DNA of 63,990 nucleotides, the filler included. It is 9 parts of 9 records of this genome, joined end to end, with 100 filler letters (N's around TTAATTAATTAA, not from the genome) between each part and the next. Parts side by side here need not be neighbours in the genome. Positions count along the whole stretch, not along the records: positions 14,444 to 20,992 come from SRR31147125_59093; positions 21,093 to 32,324 come from SRR31147125_59129; 7 more parts are not named here. One strand, 5' to 3'. The position numbers and the translations under genes are program-made. The notes beneath the pieces were generated by a model. The model ran no database searches and was not told the DNA's origin. It saw only the letters and a program-made list of their open reading frames with translations. Below are positions 20,887 through 30,162 of this stretch, one piece after another (position 1 is the stretch's first letter; each line of letters begins with the position of its first letter).

Positions 20887-21092
20887 CTTAACTGTATTAA
20901 TTTTCAGCTAAAATATAATTTCGAGGTTAAATTCCAGAATAAATTAATCAGAATTATTTGGAGATTCATTACAATATCATTGTCTGTATAAGNNNNNNNN
21001 NNNNNNNNNNNNNNNNNNNNNNNNNNNNNNNNNNNNTTAATTAATTAANNNNNNNNNNNNNNNNNNNNNNNNNNNNNNNNNNNNNNNNNNNN

Positions 21093-21389
21093 TGGCCCGG
21101 AAATGTCCGGGAACTTGAAAACGCAATGGAACGTGCTGTCGTTTTAGCAAACGACGTGGAATTGTCAGCCAAAGATCTTCCTGCAGCCGTTCGCTCACTG
21201 GGAGAAAAACGGATTTACGAATCAGATGATACACTGGCCGGTTGGATAGAAAAATTGGAAGAACAAGCATTACGACAAGCACTTTTAGAATGCGAAGGAA
21301 ATATCTCCAAGACAGCCAAAAAGCTGGGTATAGGGAGAGCAACTATTTATCGTAAGGCGAAAAAGTATGGCTTGCCAATGATCAAATAA
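21093..21389 (+). CDS. Sigma54-dependent enhancer-binding protein, C-terminal AAA+ end and Fis HTH
   Basis: [18 protein letters not shown]...[20 protein letters not shown]. Confidence 0.92.
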   Translation, partial: WPGNVRELENAMERAVVLANDVELSAKDLPAAVRSLGEKRIYESDDTLAGWIEKLEEQALRQALLECEGNISKTAKKLGIGRATIYRKAKKYGLPMIK

Positions 21390-21410
21390 TTAATGCCTGA
21401 AACAACCAAT

Positions 21411-21440
21411 AAAAAGCAAGTTTAACAACTTGCTTTTTTT
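21411..21440 (+). terminator. Intrinsic terminator
   Basis: AAAAAGCAAGTT-taac-AACTTGCTTTTTTT. Confidence 0.8.
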
Positions 21441-21443
21441 GTT

Positions 21444-21460
21444 TGTTTCAGCTTGAAACA
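21444..21460. promoter_or_regulatory. Putative bEBP upstream activator sequence
   Basis: Perfect palindrome TGTTTCA-GCT-TGAAACA about 110 nt upstream of a sigma54 promoter. Confidence 0.6.
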
Positions 21461-21523
21461 CTGTATCATTAATTCACAGATTTTACCTCAATTACTCATT
21501 TTTCCCCATCTTACCGTTTAAAT

Positions 21524-21536
21524 AATTCAATAAGTT
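21524..21536 (+). promoter_or_regulatory. Putative IHF site
   Basis: ATTCAATAAGTTA versus WATCAANNNNTTR (one mismatch), placed between the UAS and the -24/-12 box. Confidence 0.45.
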
Positions 21537-21561
21537 AAGTCCTTAAAACAAATCGAGACTC

Positions 21562-21576
21562 TGGTATACGATTTGC
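21562..21576 (+). promoter_or_regulatory. Sigma54 (-24/-12) promoter
   Basis: TGGTATACGATTTGC fits GG-N10-GC with the TGG and TTGC cores. Confidence 0.65.
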
Positions 21577-21813
21577 GAGTGCATAGGTTCAATGGATCCT
21601 GATCAGCTTGTGATTTGATAAAACCGGAATTAAATATCATTTTCACTTTAATTCCACAGCCTGCATCAATCACATCAATTTGGACAGGTCACGTGACCCG
21701 CAAATGTATGATTAGCCATTCGAGTGATGGGTGGATGTACTTGGTGTAATATTGCGTTTGCGGGGAAAATAAAGAATGGCATTTAATCAATTAAAAAGTA
21801 GTCGCGTGATTCT

Positions 21814-22899
21814 ATGAAAAATTTAAACTTAAACATTCTTGTCAGTCGAATTTGTGACGGCACTTATTGTCAGACTGAATTAGTAAGCTTTGTTAATTTG
21901 GCGCAAAAAATCTCTTCCAGTTATTTAAAGTATCAGGAAGTAATTGGGAAACGAATAACTGGTGAACGACTGGAAACAAGCATCGAATTAGACGATATGT
22001 CTATTGACTGCATTGCAGAGCTTTTTGGCACAGATGGCAATGGAAAATTCCCTCAATTACAAAAATATTTTGGGCCTCATTTTGAAGAAAATCCAAAATT
22101 GAGTGATGAAGACGTTTTGGTTTTGTTAAGAAGATTGGTTGTCCGGAAAACCAAACAGGAACTTTCCAGAATCTTTAGAGAACGAGACCCTGAAGGCGCA
22201 AAGATCGTTCGCAATATAAAAGTAGCTGTCCGTAATTCATTAAAATTAAACACCTTCCAGGAAATGGGTAAGGAATTTATTTTTTATTCGAATGGTTTCG
22301 ATATTGATTCCATTGATCAAGACTCAAATGAAGAGCTTGATATTTACCTGAGAAGAAAAAAGCTCCAAATTCCTGCAGACCTTCTTGAGACCACATTCCT
22401 GGAGACTTATGATCCCAATGACTCTGTTAGCGCTTCTATTCGACGACTGCTGGTGGAAATTCACGACTTTTCTGAGTATCAGAATTTTCTTTCGTTGGAT
22501 ATCATTGTCAGGTTATTAAGAGGTATTAAAATTAAAACATTTCGCGAAAGAATGACTGAGGAAGATTGTGTGCCAACACCTCTGGATCAACTTGAAGCGA
22601 AAGAAATTGAGAGTTATATCAATGTCGTCATGAAAAATATTTGGAGTAAAATCGACTCACTCTATATTCAGGCTGGCAAGATAGAAAAAAATAAAGCCGA
22701 GATCTATTATAAAGCTTTAAGGGATGTTTTATACGATCTTATTCAAAAGAAAGATAGCTCTTCCTATTTTCGCAACCTTCAATTTTATCTTCCCGAGTTA
22801 ACACAACGTGATTACCGTCAAAACGAACGATCTGTCTTTGAGTATTTAGCAAAGGTCGCCAAAAGAGATTTTAGAAAACATTTGGAAGAATTAATTTAA
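21814..22899 (+). CDS. Hypothetical protein, possibly an atypical ECF-like sigma factor
   Basis: 361 aa, helical; LDDMSIDCIAELF and LLRRLVVRKTKQELSRIFR resemble sigma region 2; a zf-HC2 gene follows. Confidence 0.5.
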   Translation: MKNLNLNILVSRICDGTYCQTELVSFVNLAQKISSSYLKYQEVIGKRITGERLETSIELDDMSIDCIAELFGTDGNGKFPQLQKYFGPHFEENPKLSDEDVLVLLRRLVVRKTKQELSRIFRERDPEGAKIVRNIKVAVRNSLKLNTFQEMGKEFIFYSNGFDIDSIDQDSNEELDIYLRRKKLQIPADLLETTFLETYDPNDSVSASIRRLLVEIHDFSEYQNFLSLDIIVRLLRGIKIKTFRERMTEEDCVPTPLDQLEAKEIESYINVVMKNIWSKIDSLYIQAGKIEKNKAEIYYKALRDVLYDLIQKKDSSSYFRNLQFYLPELTQRDYRQNERSVFEYLAKVAKRDFRKHLEELI

Positions 22900-22924
22900 T
22901 TTTTCCGTAAAATGAAGTTTTTGC

Positions 22925-22958
22925 CTGTATGTTACATGATAGAAAATGTAACATACAG
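22925..22958. repeat. Perfect 13-bp inverted repeat
   Basis: CTGTATGTTACAT-gatagaaa-ATGTAACATACAG with no U-tract. Confidence 0.85.
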
Positions 22959-22995
22959 AGACAGTCAGATCAATTGAAAACACGTTGTAAAAATT

Positions 22996-23650
22996 ATGTC
23001 AAACCTAAAAAGCCAAAAACGAATTTGTCCGAGCGAGCTTTACCTGGAATATTTATGCTTGGGCCGGGGTTTGGGCGAGGATAAAAAACGCACACAAATC
23101 CATTTACAGCAATGTAATCAGTGTAGAGAAGTCGTAGACGAATTAGACACTTTTTATTCCATTTTTCTCCAGGAAATTTCTAAACCGGTCACGAACAAAA
23201 CGCTTGATTTTGCCAAAAAACTTGCGGCACCACACGTTAAATATGGATTATTACTTTGTAAACCGGTTCCGGAAAAGAATAGTGATCGAGGTCATGCCTA
23301 TCAATCCAAAATTCTCTTTTCCGCTAATGGCGAAAGTGGCAAAAAAACTCGCTGATTATGATCTCTATTCCATCTCTTCCGCAGACATTGCTATACGAAT
23401 TATGACCGATAGCGCCTGCGATAATGCTTCTATCCATCTCTGGAATAAAACAGCAACCGAGTTTGATAATTGGATATTAAACATTCCTGGATTCAGCGAC
23501 GAGATCCATTTTAACAAAGCAGGATCCGCTACTATCCCATTCATCAACATCGAAAAGCTACGAAACAAACGACTCTTTTTCCAGTCAACATTAAGTAATG
23601 TATCTAAAGAAGAGCGTTTTTATAGCATAAGAAGCGCAATCATTTATTAG
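22996..23650 (+). CDS. zf-HC2 (ZAS) anti-sigma-like protein, split by a +1 A at 23341-23347
   Basis: CP...HLQQCNQC (HxxxCxxC); the frames join as GESGKK-LADYDLYS. Confidence 0.65.
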
Positions 23651-23753
23651 CACCACCTGACCGGACACTTCTAACCGAAGAAAAATGCTCCATAAGGTGA
23701 CTATAAAGGCTTTGCAAAAATCGTCTGTATGACATTAAACAACCAGCACCGAA

Positions 23754-23781
23754 AGCCGGATAAAATATCCGGCTATTTTTT
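23754..23781 (+). terminator. Intrinsic terminator
   Basis: AGCCGGATA-aaa-TATCCGGCT-ATTTTTT. Confidence 0.75.
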
Positions 23782-23905
23782 AATATAAGAGAAATATCTT
23801 GACAAGCTTTGAATTTTTAAATACCTTTCTATATTAAGAATAGTATAACTTGTTTATTAATAAGATATCGTCACACAATAAAACGATTTCGACCCTTAGG
23901 GAGGC

Positions 23906-26008
23906 ATGGATATATCCCTTGAACAAGGGGGTAATATGATGAAAAATCCCAAAATATTATTAATCGACAACGAGCCTAATAATGTCCGAATATTAAAAAC
24001 TAACTTTGAAAAGGCTCATTATAATATTGATCAAGCTTTGGATGATGATGAAGCATTTTCTAAAATAATCTCCAATTCTTACGATCTTGTCCTCTCCGAG
24101 CTCTCAGGTCCGGGTATTGATGGTTACCATTTACTCGAAAAAATTCAACGCGAACCGAGTCGCTCACATGTTCCGTTTGTTTTTATTACACAAAAAAGTG
24201 ATGTCTGGAACCGAGTTAAAAGTTTTAAGCTGGGAGCAAAGGATTATATTGTCAAGCCGATGCATGTGCACGAAATTATTGCAAGGGTAAATATGATTCT
24301 TTCCCGTCTTGTCAGACGCAACAAAGAAGAATCCATTGCCACTAAAAAATGTGTCGGTCGTATTGAGGATGTGAGTGTTTCTGATCTTATTGAAGCTTTT
24401 GGTATCGAACGCAAAACAGGCATTTTAAGAATTTACAATATTTATGGATTTAGTGGACAAATCTTTTTTAAAGAAGGTGCCGTTGTTAACGCTTTCACCA
24501 CTTCCTTGCAGGCAGAGGAAGCGGTTTTTAAAATGATGTCCTGGCAAAAGGGCCGTTTTTCCATGTTCTTTTGCGATGATATAAATGTTGTGGATGAAAT
24601 TGGTTTAAGTAATTTGGGTCTTTTATTACAAGGAGCAAAGAGAATGGAACAACGGGAAAAACTGCTTAGAGAACTCCCTTCTCTTGATGCTGTATTAGTT
24701 ACGACATCTAATTTCAAACAAATTCTTGATAAAAAACCGCTCGCTCACGATTTAGAATATTTTATCAGGCTATTTGATGGAGAAAGAACGTTAGGTCGAA
24801 TTATTGACGAAAGCAGTTATGATGAAATCACAACCTTAAAAAGAATCTTAAAGCTATATCGACTAAAATTCCTGCACGTCCTCAGAGATTTTGCAAAAGC
24901 ATCTCCCTCTCGTTCACTGGCGACCGAGGAATTCTCTTTTGTAAACGAAACAACTGTACAGGAAGAGACAAAGGATTTCGTACCTGACAGCAAACCGCTT
25001 GATATCGGGGCTGAAAACAACATTAGCCAATTGTTTCCATCTTTTTCTGATTTTAGCAGCCCGGACGATGAAGATGAAATTGAAGAATTACAGTCAGAGA
25101 GAATAGAGAAATCAGATACATCAAAAATAATTGAACATACTCAAGAGGACGAATTTCCCATTCCGTCCGAAGATTTTATTACCAGCACTAAATTTGATGA
25201 AAAAAGCAGATCAACAATTGATGATCAGCAGCAAGACTCAATGGTTGACGAGTTTGACATTGTCGATAAAATCAACCAAAAACATCCGGCTGACGTATTA
25301 TTAGAAATCAAAGAAGAACAAGCCTTTATCTTTCACGATAGCGATGAAAGCCCCATCGAAGAGCTTGATACAGAGTTCAATAAAACCACAATCGACACAG
25401 AACAAAAAGAGGATTGGCACAGTTCGACGGTCGATACTTTTGATTCCAAGCAATCCTTTCAAAAAGCACGGGGAACCGTCCTGGTTCTCAGTGCACAAGA
25501 CGCATACCGAACGCAATTTGTTAAAATTTTCACTAACGGAAAAACATACGAATCGAAAGAGTTAAACTCCGGACTCTCCGGGCTTTTTTGGGGAACAGCT
25601 CAATTACAGGGAAACCATCTCGTGAATTTAGTCAGTCTTTCAATAGAAAAAGAATTCACGCCTTTACTTGATCATTTCTCTTCCACCATGCTTGGTTGTG
25701 TACTGTTCCTTGACCCGAAAAAAACAGATTGGTCATACAATCGTTATCTCGTCAAGATTTTGCGAGAAAAGTTAAACGGTCCTCTTGTCCTCGCCCTTAT
25801 TACCGGCGAACATCAAAAAACAGCAACCGATACAAAAGAAATACGCTCTATATTAGGGCTTGAGAAAAATGAAAGACTCTGTATTTTCAACCAACTCAAT
25901 TCACTTACTTCAAAAAGAATTATATTCTCCTTATTTGAGCTTTACAGTAAATTAAAAAAGAGAACCGTAGTCAAATCCCCAAAAAGGCTTTTAAATCCAG
26001 TCCGATAA
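23906..26008 (+). CDS. Atypical receiver + DUF4388 + acidic linker + degenerate MglA-like GTPase domain
   Basis: REC domain (VLSEL, with Asp replaced by Glu); DUF4388 (RKTGILRI...GQIFFKEGAVVNA...WQKGRF); C-terminal FWGT...MLGCVLFLD resembles MglA/CvnD but lacks GKT. Confidence 0.8.
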   Translation: MDISLEQGGNMMKNPKILLIDNEPNNVRILKTNFEKAHYNIDQALDDDEAFSKIISNSYDLVLSELSGPGIDGYHLLEKIQREPSRSHVPFVFITQKSDVWNRVKSFKLGAKDYIVKPMHVHEIIARVNMILSRLVRRNKEESIATKKCVGRIEDVSVSDLIEAFGIERKTGILRIYNIYGFSGQIFFKEGAVVNAFTTSLQAEEAVFKMMSWQKGRFSMFFCDDINVVDEIGLSNLGLLLQGAKRMEQREKLLRELPSLDAVLVTTSNFKQILDKKPLAHDLEYFIRLFDGERTLGRIIDESSYDEITTLKRILKLYRLKFLHVLRDFAKASPSRSLATEEFSFVNETTVQEETKDFVPDSKPLDIGAENNISQLFPSFSDFSSPDDEDEIEELQSERIEKSDTSKIIEHTQEDEFPIPSEDFITSTKFDEKSRSTIDDQQQDSMVDEFDIVDKINQKHPADVLLEIKEEQAFIFHDSDESPIEELDTEFNKTTIDTEQKEDWHSSTVDTFDSKQSFQKARGTVLVLSAQDAYRTQFVKIFTNGKTYESKELNSGLSGLFWGTAQLQGNHLVNLVSLSIEKEFTPLLDHFSSTMLGCVLFLDPKKTDWSYNRYLVKILREKLNGPLVLALITGEHQKTATDTKEIRSILGLEKNERLCIFNQLNSLTSKRIIFSLFELYSKLKKRTVVKSPKRLLNPVR

Positions 26009-26027
26009 ATCGTCACAAATGTGAGCT

Positions 26028-27252
26028 ATGATAGATAATTCAAATAAAAATAAAATAGTCATCGTTGATATTGACTCTCCGCAAATCATTAAACTTGTAG
26101 ATATCCTGAAGGATTATCGATTTGATGTAGAGCATTTCACAGATAGTCAAAAGGCTATTGATTTTTGTTTAGAGAATCAACCTAGCTTGCTCATTACTGA
26201 ACTCACCGGGCCTGCAATAAACGGTATGGAACTCTTTCGAAAAATAAAAGGCAATCCACTCATCCGGGACATCCCTATTGTTCTGTTAACCAAAGAGGTT
26301 GAACTCGAGGAACGGCTTAAAAGCATGGAAATGGAAATAGAGGATTACATCTATAAACCCTTTTTAGAAGAAGAAGTCGCCGCTCGTATTGATACAATAG
26401 TGCAAGAAATGGAGGTCATCCACCAAATTCAAAAGATGTCAGAACATGGCTTTACCGGAAATCTGGCAGAAATGAATCTCGTCGATCTCATACAGACTCT
26501 TGAATTGGGGCAAAAATCCGGCATTATTCGTCTCAACAGAAAAGATGAGGAAGGAATTGTATATATTGACAAAGGTAATGTTATTGATGCCACGATAGAA
26601 GGTATTGAACCTGAAAGAGCCCTGACGAATATGCTCACCTGGCTTGAAGGCAAATTCCAAGTTTCCCTCGAGCCTATTGAACGTGAACAATTGATAAAAA
26701 ACAAACAGGGACATACTGTTAAAGGGTACTCAATTAATACAAGAATGGCGAGATCTGGCCGGACGAATGCCAACTCTGGATACGACATTGAAAACAATTG
26801 AGCACAAAATCCAAACCACCCTCTCGCCAGAAGAAAAGAAGCTGTTGCCTTTGTTCAACAATCCCACATCCATATTAAAAGGAATAGAAACGAGCAAGCT
26901 GGATAATTTGAAAGCACTTTTAATTATAAATTCTTTATTAGAAAAAAAACTGCTAACAATAGAAACCTCTGCAAAGGATTCAGGACACTATAACCAGGCG
27001 ATCATTGATCGCATTAAAAATGAACGGGAGAAAAACGAAAGTATCTATTCCAGAATCGCCTCGTTCTTTAAACGAAAAGCAAGCACCCAATTAAATAATT
27101 TTGAACAAGATAACAATAATAAAGGTATGAATTCTGAGGAACATCTTATCCTTAATTACCATGCCATGCAACAAAAACCAAAAATACCCCACAAAATTTA
27201 CCTGAATAAAGGTGAATTATTGTTAATTCGCCAAAAATTAATATCTAATTAA
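26028..27252 (+). CDS. Atypical receiver + DUF4388 protein, split by a -1 A near 26696-26701
   Basis: REC (LITEL, Asp to Glu); DUF4388 FTGNLAEMNLVDLIQTLELGQKSG; the alternate frame TNRDILLKGTQLIQEWRDLAGRMPTLD joins the two ORFs. Confidence 0.8.
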
Positions 27253-27308
27253 TTCATTGTCCGGATTTTTCAAGACAATTTGTTGCTTCTTTTATAACTT
27301 AAATTTAT

Positions 27309-27821
27309 ATGAATAATTTCGAAACACAAAATGAAGTACAACGGACAGGAGAGATTGTTGTTGTATCCTCATACGATACAAAAAACAACAACTTTATAAA
27401 AGCAATCTGCCCTGAAACCCATCAGACGAATCAAAATATTATGTATGGCAGGCTTGAAATTAGTGAATCACTATGTTTGTTACTCTATGGTATTGGCTTT
27501 GCCAGCAATAAATCAAATTTCGCCTGGGAACTCATTGCGAGAAAAATTCTTGGCTATATTGTTCTATTTGACTGGTACGAGGGAAAATCATTTTCTGAAA
27601 CAAAAGAAATCCTGGATTTTTTAACAAATCAACTCGATGCTCCCATTCTTGTCGTCGGAGAATTAAAAAACGATCAAACGTGTTTTCAACAAAATGTTTA
27701 TACACCGAGCATTTCTCTTTCTAATCAGGTAAAGTTCACAATGTGTCATAGCTCCAATGTGTCCAGTATAAATAAAGTATTAATTTCTTTCCTGGACACA
27801 ATAATTGAGAGAATGGCTTAA
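27309..27821 (+). CDS. Degenerate MglA/CvnD-like small GTPase-fold protein
   Basis: YGRLEISESLCLLLYG...FAWELIARKILGYIVLFD follows the ATP_bind_1/MglA pattern; no P-loop GKT/S. Confidence 0.65.
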   Translation: MNNFETQNEVQRTGEIVVVSSYDTKNNNFIKAICPETHQTNQNIMYGRLEISESLCLLLYGIGFASNKSNFAWELIARKILGYIVLFDWYEGKSFSETKEILDFLTNQLDAPILVVGELKNDQTCFQQNVYTPSISLSNQVKFTMCHSSNVSSINKVLISFLDTIIERMA

Positions 27822-27823
27822 TT

Positions 27824-28220
27824 ATGGTTTTTCCTATGCAATTAAACGCTGAACTCCGGCTCAACGAAAGTGTTAAATTAGAAATTTTGCGCTCTATATT
27901 GACTGGTAAATCGATAGATTCTCTTATAGTTAATCTTAATCCAAACCAGGTACTTGAAACACAACGATTTGTGTGGGAAAAAACACTGGAATTCGGAATC
28001 AGGGTCAAAGGGAATGATTTTTCCCGTGAAGAGATTACAAATCGGTTTAAATCCATTGCATTGTATCAGGATGAAATGAATTGTAAACACCCCCTTACAA
28101 GTGTAGAGGAACAGATTGTTTTCGAAGCAATCCGGAATGTGCCATTAAAAAAGCAAAAACCAAATCAATATTATGCGCAAAACAATTTGCGAACTATTAG
28201 AAATTGACTGCGCCGATTAA
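27824..28220 (+). CDS. Small protein with a C-terminal 4-Cys cluster (reconstructed across two indels)
   Basis: The shifted frames read ...MNCKHPxYKCRGTDCFRSNPECAIKKAK-NQINIMRKTICELLEIDCAD*. Confidence 0.5.
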
Positions 28221-28298
28221 TTTATTTATTACAAAATAGCGCAACTATCTCTTATTAATGTCTTTTAGGAGTCACAGCATTGTCTGTGGCTTTTTAGT

Positions 28299-29210
28299 AT
28301 GAAACGAAAAAGTTTTCAACATTTGTATTTTCTTTTTTGTTTTTTTGCGAATATCGTTATGCCTGGTACTGCAAAACCGGATTTTCATGTTTTAAATCAT
28401 TCACACATCAAAATTTATTATGAACACCAGGATTCTCTCTACTCAAAAGAAGCTAAGGATCATCTTTTAGTAGCATATGAAGAGATGGCCTTTGATTTTG
28501 AGTTAAGTGAACTCGATACTCTTTCGGTCATAATCACCCCGTCCAGAGCGGAATTTATAACATATACTCAAGGAATCCTACCAAAATGGACAGGCGCTTT
28601 TGCCTCTCCGACATACAATGTCATGGTTGTAAAGTCACCTCGCTGGAATCGAACTGAAAAATCTTTTCGTGCAACTCTGGTCCACGAATTACTTCATCTC
28701 GTTTTGCATCAAAAAATATTCAATCAACCTGTACCACGTTGGCTTGATGAGGGATTGGCCATCTTTTATTCCGGAGAGCAAGAATGGAAAACCATGACAA
28801 CCATGTCAAAGGCAGCTGCCACAAATTCGCTAATCCCATTGCAGGACATAGATCAGGTTCTTGATTTTCAGCGGACAAAAGCGGAATTGGCATATCAGCA
28901 AAGCTTTTCAGCTGTTTTTTATTTTTTAAACACGTACGACATTGATGGCCTACGAATTATTCTTGATGGTATCCGCTTCAGGCAGGACATTGATAAAAGT
29001 TTCCTTCTGGCCACTGGCAGCACTTTTGCCGAATTTGAACAAGAATGGATCCGTTATGTAAAAAAGAACTATAAATGGTTCTGGCTCGCAGACATTGATG
29101 ACTATATTTGGATATTAATGCTCATTCTTGCAGTCATGGCTTTTATCATTATTCGCATCAGAAACAGACGGATAATTAATATGTGGGAAAGCCCGTTAGA
29201 AGAACAATAA
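28299..29210 (+). CDS. Peptidase MA-like gluzincin, secreted and C-terminally membrane-anchored
   Basis: HELLH...PRWLDEGLA; signal peptide; C-terminal TM helix. Confidence 0.85.
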   Translation: MKRKSFQHLYFLFCFFANIVMPGTAKPDFHVLNHSHIKIYYEHQDSLYSKEAKDHLLVAYEEMAFDFELSELDTLSVIITPSRAEFITYTQGILPKWTGAFASPTYNVMVVKSPRWNRTEKSFRATLVHELLHLVLHQKIFNQPVPRWLDEGLAIFYSGEQEWKTMTTMSKAAATNSLIPLQDIDQVLDFQRTKAELAYQQSFSAVFYFLNTYDIDGLRIILDGIRFRQDIDKSFLLATGSTFAEFEQEWIRYVKKNYKWFWLADIDDYIWILMLILAVMAFIIIRIRNRRIINMWESPLEEQ

Positions 29211-29250
29211 TCTCATTGAATTTTTAATACTATTTCTTTAACTTTTACAC

Positions 29251-30162
29251 ATGAAAAAAATAAAAAATTATACGGAATATCTCCTGGCTCTTGTTTTAAG
29301 CTATTTCATTCGGATTATGCCCTTAAAACTGGCACTGGCTTTTGGAAGATTTATAGGTTACTTTGTTTTTTATATTTTAAAAATAAGAAAACAGGTGACT
29401 ATTGAAAACATTGGTAACTGTTTTCCAGACAAGGATAGTGAAGAAATTGATAAAATTGCTCTTCAAACTTATTTGAATTTTGGGCAAACTATTGTTGAAT
29501 TTATTCGCCAACCTTTTATGTCCAGACAATATCTATCAGAAAAAATAACAATTGTAAATGAACACCTTTTTAAAAAAACTTTTTCACAAAACAAGGGCGC
29601 TATTTGTGTGAGCGGTCATTTTGGGAATTGGGAAATTATGGGAGCCGCTATTCGGGCGAAGGGATATCCCGTGGTCGTTGTCGCTCGTGATCAACGAAAT
29701 GACATGGTTAACAATCTTATTAACAATCAGAGACATGCCGTTGGAATAGAAACCATTCCATTGGGTCTGGCAGTTCGAGGCGTATTAAAATCATTACATC
29801 AAAATAAATTTGTCGCACTGTTGGGCGACCAGGATGCTCATGATGAAGGAGTTTTTGTTGATTTTATGGGTAGACCTTCATCAACAGCGCCCGGGATTGC
29901 TCTTTTTGCATTAAAAACAAGATCCCCCTTGATATTTTTTGCCTCAGTAAGAGCAGATAATGGTCATCATACAGGTTATTTTAAAGAAATAGATTTTTCT
30001 GATCTGCAGGGCGCATCAAAAGAAAACATTAGAATACTCACGCAAAGACATGCCAACGTATTGGAAGAATTTATCCGACAAAACCCGGATCACTGGTTCT
30101 GGATGCATAAACGCTGGAAAACGAAACCTAAATTAACAAAAAAATATGAAAAACGTAACTGA
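29251..30162 (+). CDS. Lipid A late acyltransferase (LpxL/HtrB family)
   Basis: GHFGNWE, LLGDQD and PDHWFWMHKRWK motifs. Confidence 0.92.
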   Translation: MKKIKNYTEYLLALVLSYFIRIMPLKLALAFGRFIGYFVFYILKIRKQVTIENIGNCFPDKDSEEIDKIALQTYLNFGQTIVEFIRQPFMSRQYLSEKITIVNEHLFKKTFSQNKGAICVSGHFGNWEIMGAAIRAKGYPVVVVARDQRNDMVNNLINNQRHAVGIETIPLGLAVRGVLKSLHQNKFVALLGDQDAHDEGVFVDFMGRPSSTAPGIALFALKTRSPLIFFASVRADNGHHTGYFKEIDFSDLQGASKENIRILTQRHANVLEEFIRQNPDHWFWMHKRWKTKPKLTKKYEKRN

